In this document: piece after piece, positions 8,220-17,315 of the stretch
Position numbering within the stretch: the stretch's first letter is position 1
Layout of the letters: every line of letters begins with the position of its first letter
IMG/VR virus record: IMGVR_UViG_3300021197_002039
Coordinates: 1,518 to 65,517 of that record
Strand: one strand, 5' to 3'
Source: a virus
Taxonomy: Duplodnaviria; Caudoviricetes
Length of the DNA: 64,000 nucleotides
Position numbers and translations under genes: made by a program
Notes under the pieces: model-generated
The model's database searches: none
What the model was told of the DNA's origin: nothing
What the model saw: the letters and a program-made list of their open reading frames with translations, nothing else

Positions 8220-9409
8220 TGTTTTGGGATAATCATCAAATCATATACGGAGAGAAGATAGGCTTTATAGGACTAGGTAAACTAGGTATGCCATGTGCCG
8301 AGGCCATACGCAAAAAAGGATTCCACGTGGCAGGCTACGATGTCGCTGAAAAAAGAAGTGATCTGATTGAGATGCGAGAATCAATCGAGGACCTTTGCAG
8401 AGACAGAGATATTGTGTTTGTGGCCACGCCAACTCCACACGAAGAAGGATATGACGGCAGAGAACCTTCAAGCCATAAAGAAGTCAAGGACTTCAATTAC
8501 GATTCATTAAAAAAAGTTTTAACAAAATGTAACAAGAACATGGGAAAGACACAGAGTCTTGTGTTGATATCAACAGTGTTGCCAGGCACAATACGGAGAG
8601 AACTAGCACCATTGGTCACCAATGTGAAACTGTTATACAATCCATATCTGATAGCAATGGGCACCGCGGCCGAAGACATGATCAATCCTGAGATGATAAT
8701 GATCGGCACAAAGAAAGGCGCCTACGAAACAGCACTGAAGGCCCAACAGTTAGAAAATTTTTATAATGTGATCTGCAACAACTATCCACGCATGGAATTC
8801 GGCACATGGGAAGAGATAGAAGCAACGAAGATATTTTACAACACTTTCATCAGCAACAAGATTGCACTGGTCAACATGATACAGGACGTTGCACACAAAC
8901 TTGGTAACATGAATGTAGACAAGGTCACACATGCACTAGCGAAGAGCACAAAACGTATAGTCAGTCCTGCATACATGAAAGCGGGTATGGGTGATGGTGG
9001 AGCCTGCCATCCTAGAGATAATATTGCACTGCGTTGGCTGGCCAAATCATTAGACCTAGGTTATGATATGTTTGAAACCATTATGACCGCACGGGAGAAG
9101 CAGGCGGAACACATGGCAAAAGCAATACTGACACATGGAGAGAATGTTTTCTTCACATCAGACAGTTACAAGCCAGGCACTAGCCTTGTTGATGGAAGTT
9201 ATAGTTTGCTGGTGCAACACTATGTAAGAAAGCATGGAGGACAGATTGTGCATGGTATTGATACTCCGGTGCAAGTTATCGTGAGAGTGCATGAAACAGA
9301 TCAAGTTTCAGCAGATGAAAAAACAATTATATTTGATCCATGGAGAACTTATCCCCTAGCAGACAACGTTGTGTATTACGGTGCTCCACAGGATTCAGCA
9401 CAGACCTGA
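8219..9409 (+). CDS. ugd: UDP-glucose/GDP-mannose dehydrogenase family protein
   Basis: IGFIGLGKLG Rossmann motif, VATPTP, ISTVLPGT, KIFYNTF, GGACHPRD catalytic Cys. Confidence 0.88.
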   Translation: MFWDNHQIIYGEKIGFIGLGKLGMPCAEAIRKKGFHVAGYDVAEKRSDLIEMRESIEDLCRDRDIVFVATPTPHEEGYDGREPSSHKEVKDFNYDSLKKVLTKCNKNMGKTQSLVLISTVLPGTIRRELAPLVTNVKLLYNPYLIAMGTAAEDMINPEMIMIGTKKGAYETALKAQQLENFYNVICNNYPRMEFGTWEEIEATKIFYNTFISNKIALVNMIQDVAHKLGNMNVDKVTHALAKSTKRIVSPAYMKAGMGDGGACHPRDNIALRWLAKSLDLGYDMFETIMTAREKQAEHMAKAILTHGENVFFTSDSYKPGTSLVDGSYSLLVQHYVRKHGGQIVHGIDTPVQVIVRVHETDQVSADEKTIIFDPWRTYPLADNVVYYGAPQDSAQT

Positions 9410-10257
9410 TTACAATTTTTAGTTTTCCAAGTTGACTCCAACGTACTGAAATCTTTTAGATGGACTTTAGGACGATCCACGTGTCCAAATCCGTGATAGC
9501 AACAAGGAAATAGTTCTCCCTCACTGTTCACATAAACACTGCCACCAAGATGCTCACAGGTCAGTGTTGGATTGTTGTAAGTGGGTGGATTCAAATTTAC
9601 AGGTTTATATCTCCTATCTAGATATGCATCCACATCAAAGTCTTGTGCTTTGGCCTCTTTGTCTGGTGGTAGTATCCAATGGCTTATAGTTTTGTCAGGT
9701 TGTATTGCTGGCATGTTGTTTCTACCAACATTCATTTCAAAGAAATGCACAAATCCCATCTCTTCACTGAGACTTTTGGCCTGACTGACCTGATCCATGT
9801 TATGTTGGAACTTTATGAACTGCCATGTCGCTTGGCCACCTGCTGATATGAAAGTCTTCACACGTTTCATTAGGTTATCCCATTTGACGCCTTGCCTGTA
9901 AAGATGATTGGTGTCCTCCAGTCCGTCTATGCCGAACGTGATGTATGCTTTATTTTCTGCAAGAAGCTCATAGTCTTCTAGCCGTCCTATGCCACCGTTT
10001 GTGGCAATTTTTATTGATTTGCCCACATCACAAAGTTCAACTATATCAGGGTTCATCATTGGATCACCATGGTTTCCGCAGTACAATATAGATTGCACTT
10101 CAGGAAATTTATTTAATATTTCTGCCAGTTTCTCGGGTTTGAGGTGTGCTTGTTTGTAAAATCCTTCCAAAGGATAGCCATACGCATTACGCGGACAACC
10201 AGGACAACGGGCATTACAGAAACTAGATGCTTCAATGTGTAGGTGTGTAACGGGCAT
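9376..10257 (-). CDS. Radical SAM protein with C-terminal SPASM/twitch-like Cys cluster
   Basis: CNARCPGC, GNHGDP, TNGG, FGIDGL, FPCC, C-terminal CNQVCAESC; start set by TAAATA-N5-ATG. Confidence 0.85.
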   Translation of the reverse strand: MPVTHLHIEASSFCNARCPGCPRNAYGYPLEGFYKQAHLKPEKLAEILNKFPEVQSILYCGNHGDPMMNPDIVELCDVGKSIKIATNGGIGRLEDYELLAENKAYITFGIDGLEDTNHLYRQGVKWDNLMKRVKTFISAGGQATWQFIKFQHNMDQVSQAKSLSEEMGFVHFFEMNVGRNNMPAIQPDKTISHWILPPDKEAKAQDFDVDAYLDRRYKPVNLNPPTYNNPTLTCEHLGGSVYVNSEGELFPCCYHGFGHVDRPKVHLKDFSTLESTWKTKNCNQVCAESCGAP

Positions 10258-10304
10258 AGTTGTATTTACGACCATAAATATACACAACGCAAGGATCAAT
10301 AAAT

Positions 10305-10655
10305 ATGGCCGCAGAATGGAAACACAAAAGATATTTTAGAGTGAGGGGATCAGACAGTTCACTGAAAACTTTCTCATCGACATCAGATGCAAATACCAAG
10401 ATAGGATTCACATCTGTCTACAGCACTTCATCACCGACCAAGACGGAAGCGTTGGCTGATAGTGACAAGACACTTGTGGTAACATACGAGTTCGATAACA
10501 TATCTGAACAGACTGCATTCAAGAGTGCTATTGACGGTGCTTGGAGTGACAGTACTTCACCTTTCAATCCTGCTACGGATACAGACACTGTTGAACATTT
10601 TAAAACAGAGTGGCTTAACGCAGACGGTTCTGTCTCATCAACAACCAATCTATAG
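10305..10655 (+). CDS. Ser/Thr-rich late protein, possibly virion-associated
   Basis: TAAATA promoter at 10275, SD AAGGA, terminator downstream. Confidence 0.65.
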   Translation: MAAEWKHKRYFRVRGSDSSLKTFSSTSDANTKIGFTSVYSTSSPTKTEALADSDKTLVVTYEFDNISEQTAFKSAIDGAWSDSTSPFNPATDTDTVEHFKTEWLNADGSVSSTTNL

Positions 10656-10664
10656 TACAGTCAC

Positions 10665-10700
10665 AAAAAAAGGGCGATACATTTCTGCACCGCCCCTTTT
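10665..10700. terminator. Bidirectional intrinsic terminator
   Basis: A7-GGGCG...CGCCC-CTTTT between convergent genes. Confidence 0.75.
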
Positions 10701-10714
10701 AAATTAGGTATTAA

Positions 10715-11086
10715 TTACGCAGAGTAATTAATTACTTTTCTTCCTGATTTCTTTAATAAAGAAATGATGTTTGACTTCATAGTCAAAGCAGAGTTCTTAG
10801 GTGCAACACCTAGTACTTCTACTGTAAAGTCCAAACCTTTAGATAACAACTTGTTAGTCGCTGTTTTTCTTGCAGTTGATTTAACCGCTAGGTTTTTGAA
10901 CTTGATCTTACCACCGTGTACTTCACCATTTACTTTGTAAGTTGAAGCCGGTTCCGCGAATACACCAATCTGCTTCGCTCTTGATTTGAAGTTTCTTGTG
11001 TATACAACGTATTGTGTTGAGTTTGCCATGGTTTTTTCTTCCTTTTTAATAGAAGGAAAAAGTGTATTGAACATACTTTTTAGCAT
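10715..11086 (-). CDS. Basic hypothetical protein (alternative start MANSTQ)
   Basis: Lys-rich ORF with SDs AAGGA/AAGGAGG, own leader and terminator. Confidence 0.7.
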   Translation of the reverse strand: MLKSMFNTLFPSIKKEEKTMANSTQYVVYTRNFKSRAKQIGVFAEPASTYKVNGEVHGGKIKFKNLAVKSTARKTATNKLLSKGLDFTVEVLGVAPKNSALTMKSNIISLLKKSGRKVINYSA

Positions 11087-11228
11087 ATTGTTTCCTTTTC
11101 CTTGGTTTTTGTTATATGGTTACGTAACTCTGGAGTTTCAATCTCTGTTATCCTACGTTCCATAATATCTATTATATACTAAAAAGTGTAAATGGTCAAC
11201 CATAGCCATAAACCTAGTGTTCTTGCGA

Positions 11229-11642
11229 CTAATTGTCCTTGTAGTCCGGTACCGCGAATAGATCTATTCCCTCGTCCAACAGTTTATTGGTCTCTTCCTT
11301 GGTGGGCCTGCCATAGAACTTCTGATCACGTTTGCCTTTGTGTGCCTTCCTGGCCTCCTTGGCGAAGTTCTTACCAACGTCCTGGTAATCTTTCTTGATC
11401 TTCTTGTTGAGTTTACGCAGTATCTGTTCCGCACTCTCGCCCATGACGAAGTAGTCATCTGGTATCTGTTTCTTCTTGGAGGTCTTGACCGCTGGCGCCA
11501 TTATGGCCTTGTCCACTGCTGTGCTGTCGCACATGGGACATTGGATCATGCCCTTTTTCTTCTGTCTGGTGTATTCCTTACTGCTGGGGAACCAACCCTC
11601 AAACTCGTGTTCACATCTGCATCTCAGTTGGTACTTGATCAT
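11229..11642 (-). CDS. DUF1178 family Zn-ribbon protein
   Basis: MIKYQLRC..HEFEGWF, CPMCDS..VDKAIMAPAV, VGKNFAKEARK, LLDEGI. Confidence 0.85.
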   Translation of the reverse strand: MIKYQLRCRCEHEFEGWFPSSKEYTRQKKKGMIQCPMCDSTAVDKAIMAPAVKTSKKKQIPDDYFVMGESAEQILRKLNKKIKKDYQDVGKNFAKEARKAHKGKRDQKFYGRPTKEETNKLLDEGIDLFAVPDYKDN

Positions 11643-11699
11643 AATATTATTTACTATTATACACTTGACAGATAAAACTGTCTACTATATTATAACACT

Positions 11700-11840
11700 A
11701 TGGCACTTAATGTTTCAGGATACACAAAAGGCAAACCCAAGAAGACTTCTCAGGGCAAGAACAAGAGCAGGATCAAGATGAGCTCTATGAACAAGTCCAA
11801 GAAGAGATCTTACAAGTCTTACGCAGGTCAGGGCAAGTAA
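11700..11840 (+). CDS. Small very basic peptide (46 aa), not in the ORF track
   Basis: MALNVSGYTKGKPKKTSQGKNKSRIKMSSMNKSKKRSYKSYAGQGK; TTGACA upstream; TAATG overlap with next gene. Confidence 0.7.
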   Translation: MALNVSGYTKGKPKKTSQGKNKSRIKMSSMNKSKKRSYKSYAGQGK

Positions 11841-12052
11841 TGAAAAACACTGACCAGATCAAGGCCCTAGCAGTGGCAATAGAAGAGAAAGAAAATATAA
11901 TTAGAAAGTTGTCAGCAGAAGTGGGCAACCTTGAAGTGCAGAATGCAGACTACCAACAGATTGTGAAAGAACTGTCAGACAAACTAGAACTGTACGAGAA
12001 GAAACATGGCACTGTGTTCAAGCCTGCTAGAAATACCTCAGACCAAAAATAA
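11840..12052 (+). CDS. Small coiled-coil protein
   Basis: Heptad pattern, coupled start. Confidence 0.65.
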   Translation: MKNTDQIKALAVAIEEKENIIRKLSAEVGNLEVQNADYQQIVKELSDKLELYEKKHGTVFKPARNTSDQK

Positions 12053-12482
12053 CAGCATCCTTCTTCCTACGGAACTTGATGTGTTCGTAGTCTATGATGT
12101 GTACGTTTAATGGACCACCATGCTGTTGCATAATGCGTTCTGTGTCCAATGGTCTGATTGTTATCCTATCCTCTTCTGGCAACTTGGCATTGTAACCCCA
12201 GAACATGGGCCACCAGTGTAGAGGATTGAGGGAATAAAATTTCTCTTTCATTATCAACAGGAACACGAAAGGCAATATTGTAAGAGGTTCCGCCCACCAA
12301 ACAATGGCATCAAACGTAAGCCAGTCTATGAGATGTATTGCACCTGTCCACACACTCCATATGGCTAACAGTATGCCCATCATTGGCCAGAATTCGCCGT
12401 CTAGGTCATCTATGTCGTGATCGTGGTGCCTGTAGGTCCTGTACATGATAAATTTCTGTTGACTCTTAGGACTCAGTTTCAT
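12027..12482 (-). CDS. Hypothetical membrane protein
   Basis: Two Trp-rich hydrophobic segments; C-terminal KFRRKKDAVIFGLR. Confidence 0.65.
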   Translation of the reverse strand: MKLSPKSQQKFIMYRTYRHHDHDIDDLDGEFWPMMGILLAIWSVWTGAIHLIDWLTFDAIVWWAEPLTILPFVFLLIMKEKFYSLNPLHWWPMFWGYNAKLPEEDRITIRPLDTERIMQQHGGPLNVHIIDYEHIKFRRKKDAVIFGLRYF

Positions 12483-12575
12483 ATAATATTACTTAACACA
12501 AGAATAATTAATAACACATATTTTGTTGTAACGCTCCCAAGGAAGTTCACAGCAATAACCCCCAAATCAAATATT

Positions 12576-14012
12576 ATGGAACTTGCTATATTAATGGCGG
12601 GTATTGTTTACGGCTTGATCATTGGCCTAATACCAGCCGCGGGAGCAACAACAGGTCTTATCACACTATTTGGAGTCATGCCTTACTTCGTAGGAGATCC
12701 CTACCTGGGCGTGATATTCTGTGTGGCAGTTGTGGCATCCTCAACAACCGGTGATTCGTTCAGTGGTGTGCTACTAGGCATACCCGGAGCCAACTCCGCG
12801 GCCGCAACAATGGTGGATGGATTCCCCATGGCCAAAAACGGAGAGGCCACACGAGCATTGAGTGCCGCTATAACATCAAGCACAGCAAATGGTCTGTTTT
12901 GGGGATCACTAACATTTTTATTCCTGCCATGGTACACTAAGGTTGTTATGTACATGGGCATACCTGAGCTCTGGGCATTGGTGCTGTTGGCATTTGTCAC
13001 CGTGGGATTCGTTTCAACTAGGAAATATGTCCGAAGCACACTAGCCATTGTACTTGGAGTCACAATAGGACTGGTTGGTGTTGATGTAAACAATGTGCCT
13101 CGTTTCACGATGGGTTGGAGATATCTCGAGGACGGTGTACAGATATTGCCTTTCGTTGCAGGACTTTTTGCCATACCAGAACTTTGGAATGGATGGTTCA
13201 ATAGAAAAACTACAACAACAATCAAAGCAGAACACGGCAGTTGGCACGACCTTAAACAAGGAATGAAAGATACTGTCAGATGTTGGAAGGACAGCATCAG
13301 GGGAGGAGCCATAGGTTCTTTCATAGGACTTCTACCTGGACTGGGTGGAGCGATGGCGGACTGGTTGGCGTATGGTGCAACGGTGGCGGCCAATCCCAAA
13401 GAGAAGTTTGGAAATGGAAACGTCAAGGGCGTGATAGGTGCCGAGGGTGCCAACAACGCACAGAAGGCCTCGTCATTCATTCCAACAGTTCTGTTTGGTA
13501 TACCTGGTGCAAGTTTCGCCGCGATACTGATGGGACTATTCTTGTACCTGGGCATTGACCTGGGATCACCTGATACATTTTACGACGACAGATTATTTGA
13601 CAGCATGACTTTTGCTTTCTTGTTAGGAACAATCATCACTGCTGTCATTTGTTATGGACTGGCATATTTCGCAGGGTGGGTAACACGTATTCCATATGTG
13701 TACTACTTTCCTTTCATACTTGCTGTGATTGTTTGGGCAACCTTGCAGTACACAGGCGGGTGGGAAGACCTTGCGGTACTTGTAGCATTCTCTATAATGG
13801 GACTGCTATGTAAAAAATTCCAAGTCAGCAGGCCAGCACTGCTGATAGGGTACCTGTTGAGTGACAGGATATACAATCTCACTTATCAACTAACCTCCCT
13901 ACACACAGTAAACGATATGATAACAAGACCGATCTTTATTTTTATAATGATCTGTGTTATACTATTACTGTATTGGGGAATAACAAAACGGAGTAGACTA
14001 GACTATGCTTAA
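12576..14012 (+). CDS. tctA: Tripartite tricarboxylate transporter large subunit TctA
   Basis: GLIPAAGA, LLGIPG...DGFPMAKNGEATRAL, GLLPGLGG, AEGANNA, FGIPG; about 12 TM segments; start at MELAIL. Confidence 0.88.
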   Translation: MELAILMAGIVYGLIIGLIPAAGATTGLITLFGVMPYFVGDPYLGVIFCVAVVASSTTGDSFSGVLLGIPGANSAAATMVDGFPMAKNGEATRALSAAITSSTANGLFWGSLTFLFLPWYTKVVMYMGIPELWALVLLAFVTVGFVSTRKYVRSTLAIVLGVTIGLVGVDVNNVPRFTMGWRYLEDGVQILPFVAGLFAIPELWNGWFNRKTTTTIKAEHGSWHDLKQGMKDTVRCWKDSIRGGAIGSFIGLLPGLGGAMADWLAYGATVAANPKEKFGNGNVKGVIGAEGANNAQKASSFIPTVLFGIPGASFAAILMGLFLYLGIDLGSPDTFYDDRLFDSMTFAFLLGTIITAVICYGLAYFAGWVTRIPYVYYFPFILAVIVWATLQYTGGWEDLAVLVAFSIMGLLCKKFQVSRPALLIGYLLSDRIYNLTYQLTSLHTVNDMITRPIFIFIMICVILLLYWGITKRSRLDYA

Positions 14013-15051
14013 GAAAACAATAATGGCTTTGGTGTTAATGACAACAACAGCCTTGGCAGATTACAATTTAATCGTGCCTCAAAAACCTTCTGGTGGAACT
14101 TCTGTGTGGGCACAGATAGTTGTAGCAGAATGGGAGAAACACCTTGGAGAAAAGATCAACTTGATCTACAAGCCAGGTGCTAGAGACCAACTGGGACCAA
14201 ACGAGTTCCAAAACGAATTAAGATTTGACGACAAGACAATACTTGTATCACATGGTGGTAACGGTATATCATATCTCGTGGAACCTGTAGAGTACAATTA
14301 CTTTGATTGGGAATCAGTTGGACACATGAACCTAAACATCATTGTGGGTGCAAGGAACAAGGCAGACACAAAGAACGGACCTATACAGTTTCCATCGGGA
14401 TCTGGAATGACTCCAGAGATCATGGCAATCGTTATGTTGCTTACAGGACCAAACGGTGATCCAGTTAAAACATTTGAGGACAAGATAGTATGGGTAAAAG
14501 GAATGAAAGGGTCTGAGAGAAGACTTGCATTTATCAGAGGTGACTTGAATGCCACAAGGGAAAACCCTGCCGCATACAAGAAACACGTGATGCCAGTGAT
14601 AGGCAAAGGCGATGCATACACTTGGTTCCATCATGGCTTATTAAATGTTAACACAGGTGATCATGATGCTGATCCTAACTTCACAGAACCAACATTTGAA
14701 GCACTGTATGAATCCACGTACGGAGTTGCACCAAGTGGTGACTTCTATGATGCATACAAACTTGTCAAGAGTTGGAGAGATGCATTACAGAAAGCATTCT
14801 GGGTGAACGCAGGCAATCCAAACAAACAGGAACTTGTTGACGCTTTGGACAAGATGATCAAGGATCCAGACTCAGTTGCCGCTATCGAAAAGAAAGTGGG
14901 CAAGTACGAATGGAGAACAGGTGCAGAGGGTGACGCCGCAGTGAGAACACTGAAGTCATTCATTACACCAGGTGCATTGAAAACACTATCTGATTTTGGA
15001 AAGAATCAATTAGGATACAATGCAATCTACAAGGAAGAGTTGACCAAGTAG
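14005..15051 (+). CDS. tctC: TctC/Bug-like periplasmic substrate-binding protein
   Basis: Signal peptide, LIVPQKPSGGTS and YKPGA motifs; directly follows tctA. Confidence 0.75.
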   Translation: MLKKTIMALVLMTTTALADYNLIVPQKPSGGTSVWAQIVVAEWEKHLGEKINLIYKPGARDQLGPNEFQNELRFDDKTILVSHGGNGISYLVEPVEYNYFDWESVGHMNLNIIVGARNKADTKNGPIQFPSGSGMTPEIMAIVMLLTGPNGDPVKTFEDKIVWVKGMKGSERRLAFIRGDLNATRENPAAYKKHVMPVIGKGDAYTWFHHGLLNVNTGDHDADPNFTEPTFEALYESTYGVAPSGDFYDAYKLVKSWRDALQKAFWVNAGNPNKQELVDALDKMIKDPDSVAAIEKKVGKYEWRTGAEGDAAVRTLKSFITPGALKTLSDFGKNQLGYNAIYKEELTK

Positions 15052-15636
15052 ATGTATATTTTGTTTACAGGGGCACCAGGATCAAAATGGAGTAGTGTTG
15101 TTAAAAACATTTACTGGAGTGATGACATAGATCACTCTGACTACTCCGAGGAGAGACGCTATTTCCACGATGCTGATACCCCTGGACGCAAACACCTTAT
15201 GCACATTGGTGCATATTGGGATCCAGGCATGGAGTTTGAAAACACTAATTGGGATGGCCCATTTTCTAGCAAAGGCAAACGTATTGTTAAGTCGCACACA
15301 TTTGCACACCAACTTGATGTGCTTAAACAATCAGTACATCCTATAGTGATGGTGTACAGAAACGACTACGAATGTTTGGAGTGGTGGAAACTTTGTGGTG
15401 AATTCAATATAACATATCCAAACTACAGACACTTCCAAAATCTAGATGAGATGTGGGTACACATACAAAATGAAAACAAGGACATAATGCAGTTCATTAA
15501 AGATAACAAAGACAAAATTCATAAACCAAAAGATAATGTAGACCTTTGCAGGTTATTAGAAATAAGTTTTCCTGATACCAAAGGCAGGATACATAATTAC
15601 GCAGACAAAGGAATACAGGTATATGTCTACAAGTAA
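15052..15636 (+). CDS. P-loop/sulfotransferase-like protein
   Basis: ILFTGAPGSKWS, IVKSH, VMVYR. Confidence 0.45.
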   Translation: MYILFTGAPGSKWSSVVKNIYWSDDIDHSDYSEERRYFHDADTPGRKHLMHIGAYWDPGMEFENTNWDGPFSSKGKRIVKSHTFAHQLDVLKQSVHPIVMVYRNDYECLEWWKLCGEFNITYPNYRHFQNLDEMWVHIQNENKDIMQFIKDNKDKIHKPKDNVDLCRLLEISFPDTKGRIHNYADKGIQVYVYK

Positions 15637-16279
15637 TTGGGAAGACGCAAGAGCAAGAAGCAAATATCACTTCAACAAGTGGCACAAGGACACAGACTGT
15701 GTGGAACACTTGGGCAAGTTCACAGGTGGATGGCAGACAGAACTGCAAGAAGTAATCAACGATGCAAAACCTCTGAACTGGGGCAACCGTAGAGAAGGCA
15801 CGGGCAGAGAAAATACAAACATTAATGTAGAAGCAGAAGAGAATGATCTAAAGACAGCAGGCGCTGATCCCAAGATGACCATATACAGAGGACTCAAAGA
15901 CTTTACAAAATGTCCTACACTGCAAAGGATGACTGACTTCTTCGCAATGGAGCCTACAAAATCTAAATTACACATACAATTCACTGGAGAAGTGTTGAAC
16001 ATGCACATAGACAAACTGTATGACCTAGATGCTGACCCAAACAATGTTGTTCGTATCATGGTAATGTTGCAAGATTGGGAACCAGGCCAATTCCTTTTGT
16101 ATGGTAATGAGCAGTTTGACAGATGGAGAACCGGAGACATACACACGTTTGACTGGCAAAACACTCCACACGCAACAGCAAACGCCAGCAACAAGCCTCG
16201 TCCAATGTTGGTGGTCACAGGAGTCATGACAGACAGGACGAGAGAGATACTGTCAAAACCCATCAAGAAAAAGATATAG
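15623..16279 (+). CDS. 2OG-Fe(II) oxygenase-like protein
   Basis: MHID ... PHATAN ... RPMLVVTG; similar to 5191..5748. Confidence 0.65.
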   Translation: MSTSNWEDARARSKYHFNKWHKDTDCVEHLGKFTGGWQTELQEVINDAKPLNWGNRREGTGRENTNINVEAEENDLKTAGADPKMTIYRGLKDFTKCPTLQRMTDFFAMEPTKSKLHIQFTGEVLNMHIDKLYDLDADPNNVVRIMVMLQDWEPGQFLLYGNEQFDRWRTGDIHTFDWQNTPHATANASNKPRPMLVVTGVMTDRTREILSKPIKKKI

Positions 16280-16310
16280 ACCTACTCAAACTTTTAATAT
16301 AATATAAAGC

Positions 16311-16970
16311 ATGAACAAAAAGATATTTGCCCGTTTGTTGGCACACAGCCAAAACGACCTCTCAAAAATAACACAACCATACATCTTGGATACATTTGGT
16401 GTGGAAGTCAAACGCTGTGACACCTTAGAACAATATTCAAAAGCAATAGACGATGCCTGCCTGCACAAATACTTCTCCAAGTACTGGCAGAACGACATGA
16501 AGAAGTGGAAGTACTCGGGTGTTGCCTTGATAGATGAAGTGAACAGTCTCAAGCCAAGGGCAGTGCTTGATGTAGGCTGTGGCTATAACGAATTTAAAGG
16601 CAAGATAGACAACCTTGTAGGCATAGATCCCTACAACGAGAAAGCGGACCTACAGGTCAGCACACTGGACTACAGGACGGGTCAACAGTTTGACGTTATC
16701 ATGTGTCTGGGTTCGGTGAACTTCGGTAGCAGGGACAAGATCATTGCTGAGGTGTCGAGATGTGTCAATCTTTTGGCAGAAGGAGGTACCATGTTCTTTA
16801 GGGTTAACCCAGGTGTGCAACACGACAAACCCGAGGCAGATTGGATAGAATTCTTTGCTTGGAACGTGCCTTTTATTATAGAACTGGCCGAGATGTTTCA
16901 ATTGAAGATTTTAGACATCAGAGATGACACAAATCAACGAAAATACTTCATTTACCGTAAAACCAAGTAG
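16311..16970 (+). CDS. Class I SAM-dependent methyltransferase
   Basis: VLDVGCG, VGIDP, FDVIMCLG, LAEGG. Confidence 0.8.
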   Translation: MNKKIFARLLAHSQNDLSKITQPYILDTFGVEVKRCDTLEQYSKAIDDACLHKYFSKYWQNDMKKWKYSGVALIDEVNSLKPRAVLDVGCGYNEFKGKIDNLVGIDPYNEKADLQVSTLDYRTGQQFDVIMCLGSVNFGSRDKIIAEVSRCVNLLAEGGTMFFRVNPGVQHDKPEADWIEFFAWNVPFIIELAEMFQLKILDIRDDTNQRKYFIYRKTK

Positions 16971-17013
16971 ACTTATGCTAGAATTGTGTTACAATAATGA
17001 GTAAATACCTACA

Positions 17014-17313
17014 ATGAAAAAACATACAAGAAGTTTATTAGAAGAATTGAGCTCGATGCCCCTAAAAAGGGACAAGGAAGAAGTGGTGGAAAGTAGAGCC
17101 TCACACATACTAGAGTCAACCATAAGACTGATCACATACATCAGAGAGAACTTTGATCAGGACACCGCATTCAAACTGGAGAAGAAGTTCAATTCAGCGA
17201 TCAAGAACATGGACGCATCCAAGTTCAGCAAAGGCGTCGCACGTATCAAAGAGAACAGAGACGTCAAAGAGAACCTACTGAAAATCAAAGACGGCGAATA
17301 CAAAGAGGACTAA
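17014..17313 (+). CDS. Hypothetical late protein
   Basis: TAAATA-N6-ATG; helical 99 aa protein. Confidence 0.7.
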   Translation: MKKHTRSLLEELSSMPLKRDKEEVVESRASHILESTIRLITYIRENFDQDTAFKLEKKFNSAIKNMDASKFSKGVARIKENRDVKENLLKIKDGEYKED

Positions 17314-17315
17314 TC

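Noticed and set aside
12701-13555. Long antisense ORFs (also 2689..3228, 15667..16266, 24741..25382, 31113..31589, 56105..56557)
   Set aside because: Shadow frames of well-supported genes on the opposite strand, with no motifs or start signals
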